From positions 83,231 through 147,230 of the forward strand of contig NW_003314265.1 of the NCBI RefSeq assembly GCF_000143415.4: a stretch of DNA of 64,000 nt, given 5' to 3'. Below are positions 1-12,961 of the stretch, piece by piece. The first letter of the stretch is position 1; every line of letters begins with the position of its first letter. This stretch comes from Selaginella moellendorffii. Its lineage: Eukaryota > Plantae > Lycopodiophyta. The notes under the pieces are model-generated. The model searched no databases, was not told where the DNA came from, and saw only the letters and a list, made by a program, of their open reading frames with translations. Position numbers and translations under genes: made by a program.

Positions 1-33
1 TCGACCCACTTCTCTACGAAGCCCAGAATATAT

Positions 34-1186
34 GGAACTGGGCTGAGTGCTCGATGGTTCCAAGGAAGGAGGGGGAGTGGAAAGGAAGTGATTAGCAGTG
101 ACTCCGAGATTCGAAGTGGATTTTAAGATTGTTTCTCTTTTTTCACTCACTCCACTCACTTGGAGGAGAAGAGCTTACTTGAGAGGCGATAAGTAATTCT
201 TGACACTCGAAAGCAGTGTTCTTTGGGTCGTGCAGGATCGTATTTTTCTTTTCCTGAGGTGGAAATCCTACCTCGTGAAGTAGCTGCCAAAGAATCATGC
301 TCGTCTATCCAAAGAAAAGGGACTGTCGGTGTTGTCTCGTACCCTCTTAGACGACGATCTCAACAGGTTAGCGAGCAGCATTCTTTTTTTCACTCTGTGA
401 TGCTAAAAGCGATAGTTTTGTAGGCTTTGGATGCCATTGAGAGGCTGAGAGCAAACTCTGTAGCACTGCATACTTCTTTTTTGTGCTTTGCTTGGCGGTA
501 CTGATTTCTTTGTTTTTCTCTCCACAGCACTGGTTCCAACTCAAGGCTCGTTTCCGTTTGTGAGAATTCGAAGGACAGGCTGAGCACCTCACTGGTGGTG
601 AAGAAGTCCCAAGACGACGACTGGATTTCCGCGATCTCTGCCGCCTGGTCGCTTACCTTCTTGAGGATGAGCGAGAAGCTGTTTTACAGCGAATCATGCG
701 TGTATAGCGATAAAAAATACTCATGTTTTTTATTGGACTGAGATCAGATGTTTCCAATGTTTCCTGGCATGTGAAGGCGGTCCCGGTTGCGGTGTGGATC
801 ATCTGGTGGCCCCTTGCCTCCAAATTGTGCCAGTTTAATTCAGAGCTGCAAGTACAAAGCCAGCAATGATCTTACTAGCAAATGACCTTGCCATTACCTT
901 GTCAAGATCACACTCGAGGATACATTTGCATGAACCCCCCAGTGCACAGCCGAATTGTCTTGTTCTAGACGGCGTGGGGGTCTTGGTGGAGACAGGTAGC
1001 TCGAGAAAACTCCAGCAATGGAGTCATTCCTCCATCATCCTCGACCACGATGACGAAGCCCAGCATGTCTTGGTTGATCTCCCACATTTTTGCCACTGCG
1101 ACGTGATCCACGAGAATGTGGGCTTCGTCCCGTCGCACCCTATCAATGAAATTGCAATCGATCATACTTGTGCTGCGCGGATGCAT
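34..1186. repeat. Segmental duplication block A, copy 1 (unidentified genic-like sequence)
   Basis: Near-identical to 4747-5871; both start GGAACTGGGCTGAGTGC and share ORF fragments such as KKSQDDDWISA. Product not recognised. Confidence 0.85.
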
Positions 1187-2224
1187 TGTTTACTTTCCAA
1201 TATCAAACATAAACATTTGATCACGTTACTTAGTTTAATAAGTTTCAAGAGTTAAGGTCAAGAAGATTATATTTTTGGTATGGTATTGGCAATATCAAGC
1301 CTGGAAAAATCTGATATTCTAGGTGGTTGTCAAGTCTCGTGTATATTTGCATGAATCGCACATGTAACGTGTTGCCCATGGAACAGCTCTTTCAGTAGGA
1401 AGGACTAGGGCTTCTTTCTTTCCCACGAAAATTTAAAAAGAAGCGCGAAATTGGGTCGGGCGATTGCTCCGCCGACGCCCCCACCAACCGCAGCGATCTC
1501 CAACCGCGCGGCGCCGTTGGATCACGCCCTATCAGGAGCTGGAGCGGCTGGAAGAAGCTTTCGCCGCTCCCTTCTTTGCTTGATCGCCACTTTGATCTTC
1601 TTTTGCCGGATCTTCCGCCGCTGCTGGAGTTTCTTCCCCTGCTGCTTCGTCTTGAGTTGTTTTGGCCTCGGCTTTAGCTCTTCTTTGCCGTTCTCGTTCT
1701 TGGCACCGTGAACGTTGGATTGAGGAATATACGTGGCGGGATGTACGGCGTTCGCCCCGAAGAAGAAGAAGAAGAGGGATTCTTCGTTAGGTTCTATAGA
1801 GAAATTTGGAGCTTGTCGGGAAGAACAGTGGAAGAAGTAGAGATCTAGCTCCGGGCAGCTTCTAGGAACCGCAGGAATCGAAGGATGAGAGTCTCGCGTA
1901 GGGCTTGGTCGTGGTAGCGGCGTCTGGATCGATAGGAGCAGCCATGAATTCCAGGTGTAGAGTGGTGGATCACGACCGGCGGTGCGATAGAGGGCAAGAA
2001 CGCGAGATTACGGCGAGGAATCGCTTGTAGCAGGCCAAGGATTCGAGGCGAGAGATGCGTTACCAGCTGGGAATGGAGCGCTCCAAGCTACTCACGCTCG
2101 GCAAGCCCTCTCCCGAGAATCCAATGGCGATGCTGCCGGGGGCGGCGGCACCGGAGGATCGATCAAGCAGAACATCCAGGACATCGTGTGGTCCTTTATG
2201 TTTGGGGAAGTAGGAGCCGCCAGA
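1187..2224 (+). pseudogene. Duplicated upstream region and truncated 5' end of the ARM-repeat gene (source about 35440-36464)
   Basis: Matches the leader and first exon (MRYQLGMERSK...QDIVWSFMFG) of the gene at 36282, then breaks at GCCGCCAGA into AT-rich DNA. Confidence 0.9.
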
Positions 2225-2674
2225 ATATTATAGTATATTCTTTTATATTTTAATTCATATATCATTAAAACAAAACGTTTGTAGTTAGATAAAACTATCA
2301 TTTGATTTAATCTGATAAATATATCTTTATTCGGAAATTATTATAGGAAAATAATATAAGTATTAAAATTTTCAATTGATAGTATTTATTACAAGCTTAT
2401 TGTATTAATAATAATTTAATTATATTTTCAAATACAAAGTATGGTGTAAAAAATCTAAACATAATTATACATTTGCTTCTTTAAATAATAAAATTAGAAA
2501 CATATATTTAAAATATAATATAAAATTGATCATATATAAACATAATTATGCATTTGCATCTTTAAATAATAAAATTAGAAACATATATTTAAATATAATA
2601 TAAAATTGATGATATAAAATAATTTTATGTTAAAAAAGGAAAGAAATTAATGCAACATACAAGAAAATTATTTC

Positions 2675-3070
2675 TTATTTACAATTATCTTTATAATCTA
2701 GAAATTCAACAATAATTGAACCATTAACATGTTTATAACATCCTTCAAATGACCAATTATTCCAACCATGATCACCTTTTGTTTTATATTTTGCCCAGCC
2801 TGGAAAAACAACTAATTGATAAGGTTCTCCATTTACTCTAAAATCAACAATTTCTATTATTGGATTTGGATCTCTTCTAATTTCAAATGATAAAGAAGAT
2901 TTATATATAAAAACATTTACATCTCTGCCATGCATATTATAATAAATATCTAAATCACAAGTCATGAGTTTTTCCCAGGAAGAATTTGAACAATCAATAC
3001 CATCATTTAAATAAAGATCTATTAAAAATTGAAAGAAAAAAAAAGAAATATAAAATTTAAGAAAATACAT
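2675..3070 (-). CDS. Small putatively secreted Cys-containing protein, YvgO-like (copy 1)
   Basis: 131-aa intact ORF in very AT-rich DNA, with a hydrophobic N-terminus and the motif YQLVVF-x-KGDHGWNNWSFEG. A paralog at 9218-9610 is also intact. Confidence 0.6.
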   Translation of the reverse strand: MYFLKFYISFFFFQFLIDLYLNDGIDCSNSSWEKLMTCDLDIYYNMHGRDVNVFIYKSSLSFEIRRDPNPIIEIVDFRVNGEPYQLVVFPGWAKYKTKGDHGWNNWSFEGCYKHVNGSIIVEFLDYKDNCK

Positions 3071-3539
3071 AGTTAATGGTTAGTTCATTGTAGCTTTGTG
3101 AATAAATATAAATATAAACACATTATAAACTCAGCCAACAAATAATATAAATAATTCCCAAGATTTCTATTTTGTTTTATATGAGAAAAGATATTCCCTG
3201 ATATGAGCATATAATTGGCTATAAAATGTATTATTTCTTTTATATACCGTAACTTATCATTATGTCATTTAAATTAATATGGATAAGTTAGTTTGGTTTG
3301 TTTAATATAGTTCTAAACGTATTGTATAGCCATATGAAGGATGAAGACACCCAAGTCTAGTGTAACCTTAGTACCCAGCATAAGGTTGTGTGGCAATAAC
3401 TTTCCTCTTAAATTTAGCTACATGCTAAAACTTTAATAATATTATTGGGTTCATTAAACCACTGTGAAAATAAATCTTATATTTAATTATAATATAAAAA
3501 TATTTCAAATAGAATTTGAAAAGTTTATAAATCTTTCAG

Positions 3540-4053
3540 AATAGTTCACCACACATAAATTAACAATTCCAAGATATGCCATTGGAAAGAATTCCTTGAA
3601 AAACTAATAATTAAGTACATCTAAATAATTTCACCATATCTAGTAAATTTCTTACCTATACCCACAAATAATTATTGTAAATTAACATAATCTTTCTTGA
3701 GTAGTTTTACAAACTTGATGTTGCCACACATAAAAATAGTCCTCTATTTTAGAAGTTGAAGAAGCTTAATCACTATGTTTTTCATATCTTATTATAAGAT
3801 ATCATATAACTAGATTTGAAGAGGATTGTACATAAATTTATAAGTATTGCCTTTGTTGAATTTTACTTGAGAGTTGTTAATGATTTTTGTTTTAAGAATA
3901 ACACTACAATTAGTTTTTCATATTTATAATTTTGAATAAAATCATGATCTTTACAATAACTAGTAAAGCAATTGGTATTAAACTGGTAAAATGCATAATC
4001 TATCCTTTGATTGTGAGTATACTTTTTCTCCAACCAAAGCCTAGCTTTTATAT
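3540..4053 (-). mobile_element. Decayed Mutator-like (MULE/SWIM) transposase remnant, copy 1
   Basis: Minus strand reads NIKARLWLEKKYTHNQRIDY plus a degenerate CT*...FQGIL SWIM-like segment. Homologous to about 26040-26465. Confidence 0.45.
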
Positions 4054-4597
4054 TGTAGCGTACGTGGTTTTGACCCTTTATCCTATGGTGATTTACCATA
4101 GGATAACTATGAAGTGGAAACTAAACCCTTATTGTGCCACGTGACAGATGTTATGTGTCACATGCCATGTGTCCAAAAGATAATGATGTGGAACCTGAGT
4201 TTCAGGGCCTTGGGCCACTAAACGAAAGAACGGTGCCAAACTCCTAAGGAGTGACGGAATTGAACCACGGAGCAACTCCTGAGCATACAAGCCAAGGAGT
4301 GAAGGGACAGGTGGAGTGACTTGAAACAATCCTAGAGTATCTAGCATCCCAATGCTAAGATCAACATACAAAACGAAACCAAATGGAGTTTAACACTTTT
4401 TCAACATACCGGTAGCCTAACGTGAGGACATGGGTACTCCACCAGCTAGTATGGTGTGGAGTTTGGGTTTAAACCCAAGTTGAACGCAAAACAAAGACAG
4501 CCACGCAAACGGGAATTAAATTATGCCTCAGGTTAGTTAGCCATGCCCAACCTACCCACTATCCCTATTATACATTTGGAACCCCCCATACCCCATA
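4054..4597 (-). mobile_element. Truncated LTR fragment (related to 29885-30322)
   Basis: Starts TGTAGCG exactly where homology to the 26460 copy breaks. 4380-4480 is the reverse complement of about 30030-30130. Carries the shared GGGGTTCCAAA-GTATA-TAGGGATAGTG motif. Confidence 0.65.
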
Positions 4598-4746
4598 TAT
4601 ATTGGAAATGAAATATAAAAATGTGCATATCAATTACTACTAAAGGATTATCTACTTTTAGCACAAAATATTCTTGACACAAAACATCATACACTAAGAA
4701 TATACCTTCAAAGAATAGTCTACTGACAAAAATTGGCTGGAAGGCT

Positions 4747-6560
4747 GGAACTGGGCTGAGTGCTAGATAAGGAAGGAGGGGGAGCGGAAATGAAGTGATT
4801 GGCAGTGACTCTGAGATTCGAAGTGGATTTTAAGATTGTTTCTCTTTTTTCTCACTCCACTCACTTGTGCAGAGGAGAAGAGCTTACTTGAGAGGCAATA
4901 AGTAATTCTTGACACTCAAAAGCAATGTTCTTTGGGTTGTGCAGGATCATATTTTTCTTTTCCTTAGGTGGAAATCCTACCTCGTGAAGAAGCTGCCAAA
5001 GAATCATGCTCGTCGGTGTTGTCTCGTACCCTCTTAGACGACAATCTCAACAGGTTAGCGAGCAGCATTCTTTTTTTCACTCTGTGATGCTAAAAGCGAT
5101 AGTTTTGTAGGCTTTGGACGCCATGGAGAGGCTGCGAGCAAACTCAGTAGCACTACATACTTCTTTTTTGTGCTTTGCTTGGCAGTACTGATTTCTTTGT
5201 TTTTCTCTCCACAGCACTGGTTCCAACTCAAGGCTCGTTTTCATTTGTGAGAATTCGAAGGACAGGTTTAGCACCTCACTGGTGGTGAAGAAGTCCCAAG
5301 ACGACGACTGGATTTCCGCGAGCACTGCCGCCTACGTGGTCGCTTACCTTCTTGAGGATGAGCGGAAGCTGTTTTACAGCGAATCACGCGTGTATAACGA
5401 TAAAAAAACTCATGTTTTTTGTTGGACTGAGATAGATGTTTCCAATGTTTCCTGGCATGTGAAGACGGTCCCGGTTGCGGTGTGGATCATCTGGTGGCCC
5501 CTTGCCTCCAAATTGTGCCAGTTTAATTTAGAGCTGCAAGTACAAAGCCAGCAATGATCTTACTAGCAAATGATCTTGCCATTACCTTGTAAAGATCACA
5601 CTCGAGGATACATTTGCATGAACCCCCCGGCGCACAGCCGAATTGTCTTGTTCTAGATGGCATGGGGCCTGGTGGAGACAGGTAGCTCGAGAAAACTAGC
5701 AATGGAGTCATTCCTCCATCATCCTCGACCACGACAACGAAGGCCAGCATGTCTTGGTTGATCTCCCACATTTTTGCCACTGCGACGTGATCCACGAGAA
5801 TGTGAGCTTCGTCCCATCGCACCCTATCAATGAAATTGCAATCGATCATACTTGCGCTGCGCAGATGCATTACTACCTTCTGTAAAGACATGGAGCTTGC
5901 TTGAGTTGGAGAGCTTCCCGATGAAGCTTCCACTCCTTGACAGCTGCTAAAACTGACTCGCATCTTGCGTCGCGGACCGCGAATGGGGACAGGCTAGAAA
6001 AGCAAGATTGAAATGAAAATCGATTCAAGAAATCGCAAACCTGGGTGGGAGGCACAGCAGGATAGATAATCCTTTTTGGAGCCGACACTGGATCTTTGGC
6101 GAGCAATCTCCCTATGAATCGACATTTCGAGTGGGAATGGCCAAGTTGGGAGCGACAAGCCTCGGACCTGTAGTTTCCATGGCTTTACCATTAATAAAAG
6201 TCATTGATTTTGGACTACAAGGTCAACACTTTCAAAGTTTAGTCTCGATCAATTTCGCGGCACTATCCCCCTTCCAATTCTCCACCAAGTGGTGCTGCGA
6301 ACGTAGGAATTTACCAGTCTCCTTCCTGAAGATCGTTGCTGCAATCCCGATTTTTATAAGCTCTTTGTTTCCTTGCTCGCATCTGAAGTACACATAAACA
6401 TGTGAGTCCATGGCATTGGAAAGAAAGAAAGAAACAATGTTGTTACCTCTTCTGAGAGAGAGAGGCTCTGCCTCTCACTCGTCATTGTGTTGATCGTCGT
6501 GGTTTTTCCTGATCCAAGGGTTTTCGCCATACCTTTGTGTAATCTTTTAAAACCCTAAAA
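4747..6560. repeat. Segmental duplication block A, copy 2 (longer)
   Basis: 4747-5871 duplicates 34-1186. Genic-like composition continues to about 6560; the right boundary is approximate. Confidence 0.75.
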
Positions 6561-6999
6561 GGAATGAGAATAAATATCTAAAGCGATTATATGGTGATCT
6601 AAAACACTGTACCAAATATCACTTTTATTCAAGATTGAGAAGAGGTGGGAGCTATGGACATCGCAAAATGACTTCATTCATTCATTTAACATTTTTGTTT
6701 TGACTAGTTTATAAAGTTTGATTTGATGTGGAAGTTTTTTTCTTAAATAATAAAACTTCACAGTGGAACATTTTTGTTATTTCTCATATTTTTGTTCAGA
6801 AGTTTCAATGTTTGCTGCTGCTTTTTGAGCCAAATACAAACTTGCCAAGCGATGAGACTCAATTCTTCTTGGCTCGATAAATCCTGGAGTCTCATCCCAG
6901 AGATTGAGTACAAAATCTATTTTAAAACAATTTCTATTTTTAAATTGTTCTTATAAGATTGCATGTATTATTAGATTTTGGTGGACCCTTTTATGAGAA

Positions 7000-7425
7000 A
7001 AAGTATGAGCATGTTGAGCTCTCTGTTAGAAAGTGGAACATTCACAAGCAACCTACGATCATTCAAGAAAAACTTAAGAAACTCATACTGAGCTCAGCCT
7101 TTGTACAAATGAAGATGAAGAAATCACCGGTGACACTGCCACTCACAAAATCGCAAAGCAAAGGAAGGAGCTTCGAGCTGGTAGAGCGATTTAGTGCCGA
7201 GAAACTCCAAGCCCCAGAGGTAGGTGGAGCGTGCATTGCAAGTTGTCGACAGGATCATCGAGCTTAAAAGTCACAGACAGCGTCCTCGGATCCATTTTCC
7301 TCAGCGTCTCGGCTGCTTCAGCATCCACGAGCAAAGTGCGACGTAGAAAAATCAACACTGCCCAAGAGTGCCAAGGAAAATCTCTCCAGTGACAGCTACT
7401 TTGGCTCTGGAAGACGAGACAATTT
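7000..7425 (+). pseudogene. Fragment of the 3' end of the START-like gene
   Basis: ELVERFSAEKLQAPE matches 32560-32600 (+) and the last exon of the gene at 40188-42130 (-). Several small deletions. Confidence 0.85.
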
Positions 7426-7478
7426 AAGAGGAAAATGTTTAAAGTAGGGTTCTTCGGGTGGGCTTTGGCGGGAAGGCG

Positions 7479-7852
7479 ATGGGGAAGCCGGCCCGGAGCT
7501 TCGGTAAGGATCTCTCTCGATGCCGGTAGAATGCGGGTGTGGTCGACAAAGTGGACTCCTTCACGGAAGTTCTAGAGGAGGTGAAGGGCTTGTTTCACCT
7601 TCTAAACTTAACTCCTTTCATGTCCTTCACGTTCTAGATGTATAAGATGCTCAAGCAGAAGGAGGAAGCTGGTGAGGGCGATCGTTGCAAACAACAAGCT
7701 GCTGTTGCTCAACAATCCTGTGCATGACGGGAAAATATCCTTGCATTTCCCAGTTTCAAAGAGCTTGCTCCTTTCCTTACTACATTTCTCTTCACATCCA
7801 ACTTCTCAGGCGCTCTGTGAATGAATTACTGGGAGAACCTTCTAAAGTCTGA
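7479..7852 (+). pseudogene. Internally deleted copy of the At4g18490-like gene
   Basis: Exon 1/intron 1 are joined at GCGGGTGT|GGTCGACAAAG directly to the 3' exons, removing about 2.1 kb including both exon arrays. The AT-AC intron copy is retained (ATATCCTT near 7735). Confidence 0.85.
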
Positions 7853-8825
7853 GGTACTTAGTTTGTTTACTTTCCAACGTCAAACGTAAACGTTTGATCG
7901 CGTTACTTAGTTTAATAAGTTTCGAGAGTTAAGGTCAAGAAGATTATATTTTTGGTATGGTATTGGAAGGACGTGCTATCAAAAATATCAAGCCTGGAAA
8001 AATCTGATTTTCTAGGTGGTTGTCAAGTCTTGTGTATATTTGCATGAATCGCACGCATGTAACTACTGTTTACAACGTGGCAACGTGTTGCCCATGGAAC
8101 AGCTCTTTCAGTAGGAAGGACTAGGGCTTCTTTCTTTCCCACGAAAATTTAAAAAGAACCTCACAAAGACAAAGTGAAAGGAAAAGGAATGTTTAATGTT
8201 ATATCTCTAATAAATGCCAAACCATGTAAATACAAACGAGAGGGCGCGAAATTGGGTCGCCAACCGCAGCGAGCTCCCGCCGCGCGGCGCCGTTCTTGAC
8301 ACCGTGACCGTTGGATTGAGGAATATACGTGGCGGGATGTACGGCGTCTCCCGCTCCCCGGCGTTCGTCCCGAAGAAGAAGAAGAAGAGGGATTCTTCGT
8401 TAGGTTCTATAGAGAAATTTGGAGCTTGTCCGGAAGAACAGTGGAAGAAGTAGAGATCTAGCTCCGGGCAGCTTCTAGGAACCGCAGGAATCGAAGGATG
8501 AGAGTCTCGCGTAGGGCTTGGTCGCAGTAGCGGCATCTGGATCGATAGGAGCAGCCATGAATTCCAGGTGTAGAGTGGGGGATCACGACCGGCGGCGCGA
8601 TAGAGGGCAAGAACGCGAGATTACGGCGAGGAATCGCTTGTAGCAGGCCAGGGATTCGAGGCGAGAGATGCGTTACCAGCTGGGAATGGAGCGCTCCAAG
8701 CTATCACGCTCGGCAAGCCCTCTCCCGAGAATCCAATGGCGATGCTGCCCGGGGGAGGCGGCGCGGGAGGATAGATCAAGCAGAACATCCAGAAGGTTCA
8801 TGCTTGGGGCAGGAGGGCCGCCAGA
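7853..8825 (+). pseudogene. Second duplicated upstream region and truncated 5' end of the ARM-repeat gene
   Basis: Matches 35429-36464 with deletions, and ends at the same GCCGCCAGA junction as copy 1. Confidence 0.9.
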
Positions 8826-9217
8826 ATGTTATAGTATATTCTTTTATATTTTAATTGTTATACCATTAAAACAAAACGTTTGTAGTTAGATAACATTGTC
8901 ATTTCACACCAGATTTATATTTAAGCTATGTATTCGGAAATTATTATTCAAAAATAAATTTAATTATTAAAATCTTCAATTGATAATCTTTATTACCAGC
9001 TTATTGTATTAATAATTATTTAATTATCTTTTCTAATACAAAGTAAGTGTTGCTGTATGGTGTAGCAAATCTATAGTGCAGAACATAATTATACATTTGC
9101 ATCTTTAAATATTAAAATTAGAAATATATATTTAAAATATAATATAGAATTGATTATATAAAATAATTTTATGTTAAAAAAGGAAAGAAAGTATTGCAAC
9201 ATACAGAAAATTATTTC

Positions 9218-9610
9218 TTATTTACAATTACTTTTATAATCTAAAAATTCTACAATAATTGAATCATCATGTTTATAACATCCTTCGAATGACCAATTAC
9301 TCCAACCATAATCACCTTTTGTTTTATATTTTGCCGAGCCTGGAAAAACAACTAATTGATAAGGCTCTCCATCTACTGTAAAATCAAAAATTTTTATTAT
9401 TGGATTTGGATCTATTCTAATTTCAAATGATAAAGAAGATTTATATATAAAAACATTTACATCTCTGCCATAGTTATTATAATGAATATCTAAAGCACAA
9501 GTCATGAGTTTTTTCCAAGAAATATTTGAACAATCGATAACTTCATTTAAATAAAGATCTATTAAAAATTGAAAACAAAAAAAAGCTAAATACAATTTAA
9601 GAAAATACAT
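9218..9610 (-). CDS. Small putatively secreted Cys-containing protein, YvgO-like (copy 2)
   Basis: 130-aa intact ORF with motif KGDYGWSNWSFEG. Differs from copy 1 by substitutions and one in-frame 3-nt indel; four mature-region Cys are conserved. Confidence 0.6.
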   Translation of the reverse strand: MYFLKLYLAFFCFQFLIDLYLNEVIDCSNISWKKLMTCALDIHYNNYGRDVNVFIYKSSLSFEIRIDPNPIIKIFDFTVDGEPYQLVVFPGSAKYKTKGDYGWSNWSFEGCYKHDDSIIVEFLDYKSNCK

Positions 9611-12600
9611 AGTTAATGGTAATTTATGAGTAGCCTAGTGAATAAATATAGTCATAAACACATTGTAAACTCAGTCAATAAATAATATAAATAATTCTTT
9701 ATGTGAGGTCCAAGTGTACGACTACGATACTATATATTAATATTAGCATAGTGGGATTTTGGTAGCCATCAGATTGGTTTCAATCTGGACCACTCACTCT
9801 TATATATAAATTAGGGTTTTTAAGCTAATTGATATGCACATTTTTTGTATTTATATTCCATGCACTCATATTGGTGGAATTGAGGGGCACCTTTGATTGT
9901 CCTTGAGGAGTGCTTGGGATTTTGGTTTAGATGTAGCTTTTGTATTATCTAGATCTAGTTTTTTCCATTTCGTTTCTTTTGTTTTGTCCTTTCAGAATTT
10001 TGGTTTATATGTAGCTTTTGCATTGTCTAAATCTCCCTTTCTTTCTAGCTTTTTTTTCACCTCTCTTTTTTTTCTCTTTCCTTTTCATTCATCTTCATGG
10101 CAAATTAGTAGTTTCCTCCTTTTTTGATTGTGGAGTAACAGTTGGTGCAATTGCTTGATATTATGCAATTGCAAAGGATGATGTGTACTTGGTTTGATCA
10201 TTTCACAGTGATTGCCCCATATCATTCTTGGGATGATGTTAGATGTTTGTGTGAGTTTCCCACATATCTCCAAGGCACGGTGTTGCAATAGTACAATGGT
10301 TTGAGCATAGCCACTCATGGGGATTGGAGTGTTCTCCCAGACATCTTTAACTGTGCATTCGAACATGCTGACGATTGTGATGATGCTTTCTAACAATTAC
10401 ATCATCTTCGTCAAGGGCCATTTGAGTCGGTGATGCAATTTGGCATTTGTTTCCGAAGTTTCTTGCTTTATACAGAGCCAAATATGTTAGAGCGGATCAA
10501 GCTAGGAATATTGTGGCGAACACTTTGTCAAAATCTTGTTGGACTTCTACATGCATTTGCTCCAGCCGATGTTCTTTACTTGGCACAATGTTAGGAGACG
10601 TCACCTCTTCCACTTCTTGTTGCACGTCTTTCAGCTCCACTTCCTATGGGTGATAGTCCTGTTACAATAGAGGTTGATGCTGCTACTACTCAAGTCCAAA
10701 GATAAGGACAAGGATGTGGTCGTGGCCATGATGTTCATTGCTGAGTATGTCATGAAGTTAGTCACACTTATTAGCGTTGTTGGCATTTTCCATATTGGCG
10801 GCCACCATTTTCTGGGTGGAGACCTTGGTGTCAACAACGTTTTGTTGGTGCTGCTGCAGTGGAAGGTCTGTAGGGGGTTCCAAAAGTATAGTAGGGATAG
10901 TGAGATTTAGGAATCAATTTTGAAGGAACTCTCCAGTGGTGCTTTCAAACTGACTTGAGGTTAAGATTGGGGCTAAGGGGCCTTGGGTGGGAGTGAGCAT
11001 GGACTCGGGTGGTGCTGGAGGGGCCACCCAAGGAAGTGCTCAAGAACAACTCCCACTCTTGGAAGGGAAACCAATTGTGGTGATCCTAGCTCATGTGGAG
11101 TGGTGCCCCATTTGAGTACCTTGTGGCTCGTTGGTTCTCGCCCTTCCTAGAGGCTTGGGCCTTCCCTTCGGGAAGGAAGTGGGGAGGGGGGTAGAAGTAC
11201 CCATACTAGGTCGTTAGGCCATAGTGTTTCCCCCCGGCATCCCGAAGTGAGAGTTACACCCAAGATTTGGGATTTAGAGGGTCTTATGATTAAGTCTTGT
11301 TGTACCAAGGGATGTTAGGAACCTGGAAGCTTGGTGTACTTGGCTGCTTGTGCCTATGGGGAGTGTAGTTGAACCTTAAGTTTAGTCTAACCCGGGGAGG
11401 GGGATTGGGAGAGATTTGGGAATTCGTGGATGGATGGATAACGCTCCGTTGCTTGTGTAGTGAGTAGCTAAAACCAAATAGGACCAAGTAGGAGCTGGTA
11501 CAATAAGCGGGAACCTTGGCAAGGGAATTTAGCTAAAGCCAAGGCGGTGTTTGTCAGATAAACGACGTAAGCTGGCAAATTGGAAAAGAAAAATTTATGG
11601 CTTACAATTTGGTATTGGAGCATTTTCCTCAGTTCTAGCGAAGGATAAAGGCGGATTACTGGGAAATGGTAATGGCAGGGTGTAAACAAACCAAGACGGA
11701 AATAGAACGTCCTCTAGAGCTGGAGCCTCCGATTGAACAAAAACCTATGGATGAGGAATCTTTGCACGAGGAGGATTCTAGTGAGGAAACTTCCAAACAA
11801 GAGTCCAATAGTGAAGTTCGGTCGTCCAAGGCTCGATTGGATGTTCTAGAAGGACAATTGGCACAGACCAATGGCCTGCTGGAGACCCTCATATGCAAGC
11901 TAAAGTGTGACGAAACGGAAGAAAAAGCGAAAGATTGTAGATGCTGGCAGCGCAGAAGGTGCGGACCCTTCAGTGGGGACTGAGGCGGAACTAAACAAGG
12001 TCAAACAGACTGAAGTGGAATCAATCTCGCAAGCAGTTCCCAAGTACAAACCAAAGCCCCCACTAGTCTTCAAGGAAGTGAATGACTATAAGGTGGTGGA
12101 AGATTGGTTTTATGATATAGAGGACTACTTTCGAGCGTTACGGTTACCAAGCTCGGAGAAGGTTCCATGTGCAAAACCATACTTTAGCAGATAATGCTAA
12201 GTCTTGGTGGAGAACGACAAAGGCCAATGAAGGACCGGTGGCCACTTGGAAAATGATGAAGGCGAGGATCCGTGCGACTTACATTCCTCCGAATGTTACT
12301 CTGCACCTAAGGGATGAGCTAAGTAGGCTGAAGCAGACCAGAACCATTCAAGAGTATGTGAATGGGTTTATGACAAAGAGGATACTTGTCATGGATATGG
12401 GTGATATAGACACATTCCATGCCTTCATATCAGGCTTGCAAACCTGGGCTTGCGATAAGGTGATACATTGGAACTAAACAAATTACAAGGAAGTGTTAGA
12501 TGTAGCTATCAAGATGCATTTCAATGATAACCTGCGAAAGGGAAACACGACAGGGTCAAGGTCCACGTTTGGCAAAAGGGCCAAACCAAGGGGAACATAT

Positions 12601-12961
12601 GGCAAAAGGAAATTCAAGAAGAGTTTCTCTAAGAATGAGTCCTTGGGGTTTCGAAAAGGCAGATCCAAGGGCCAGCAAGCAAGTATGTGTGGGAGTCAAG
12701 CAAAAAAAGACAAACCCACGGATAAGAAACTCAAGTTTGCTAACAGTGTGGGAAACAACGTATGTTTCAACTACGGTGAAGCGGGACACTTTTTAAGGGA
12801 ATGTCTCTACTCGAAGAAGGCTAAAGCCCATATGGCCATTAAGTCGGGTGAAATCCAAATTGAGGTACGTGATCCAGTCCCTAACTCAAAATTACTCATT
12901 ACACGAGCAACTTTGGTAAAGAGTTGTTCACAACATTTACTAGCCCTCCGAGGGAAGCTCG

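Noticed and set aside
2457-2615. AT-rich direct duplication of about 80 bp
   Set aside because: A simple local duplication absent from copy 2; no sign of function.
3019-3068. Possible GT-AG intron at the start of the YvgO-like ORF
   Set aside because: The upstream frames that would splice in contain stops in both copies, so a single exon is simpler, although an intron is not excluded.
6131-6397. IKVIDFG resembling a kinase DFG motif
   Set aside because: No other kinase subdomains nearby.
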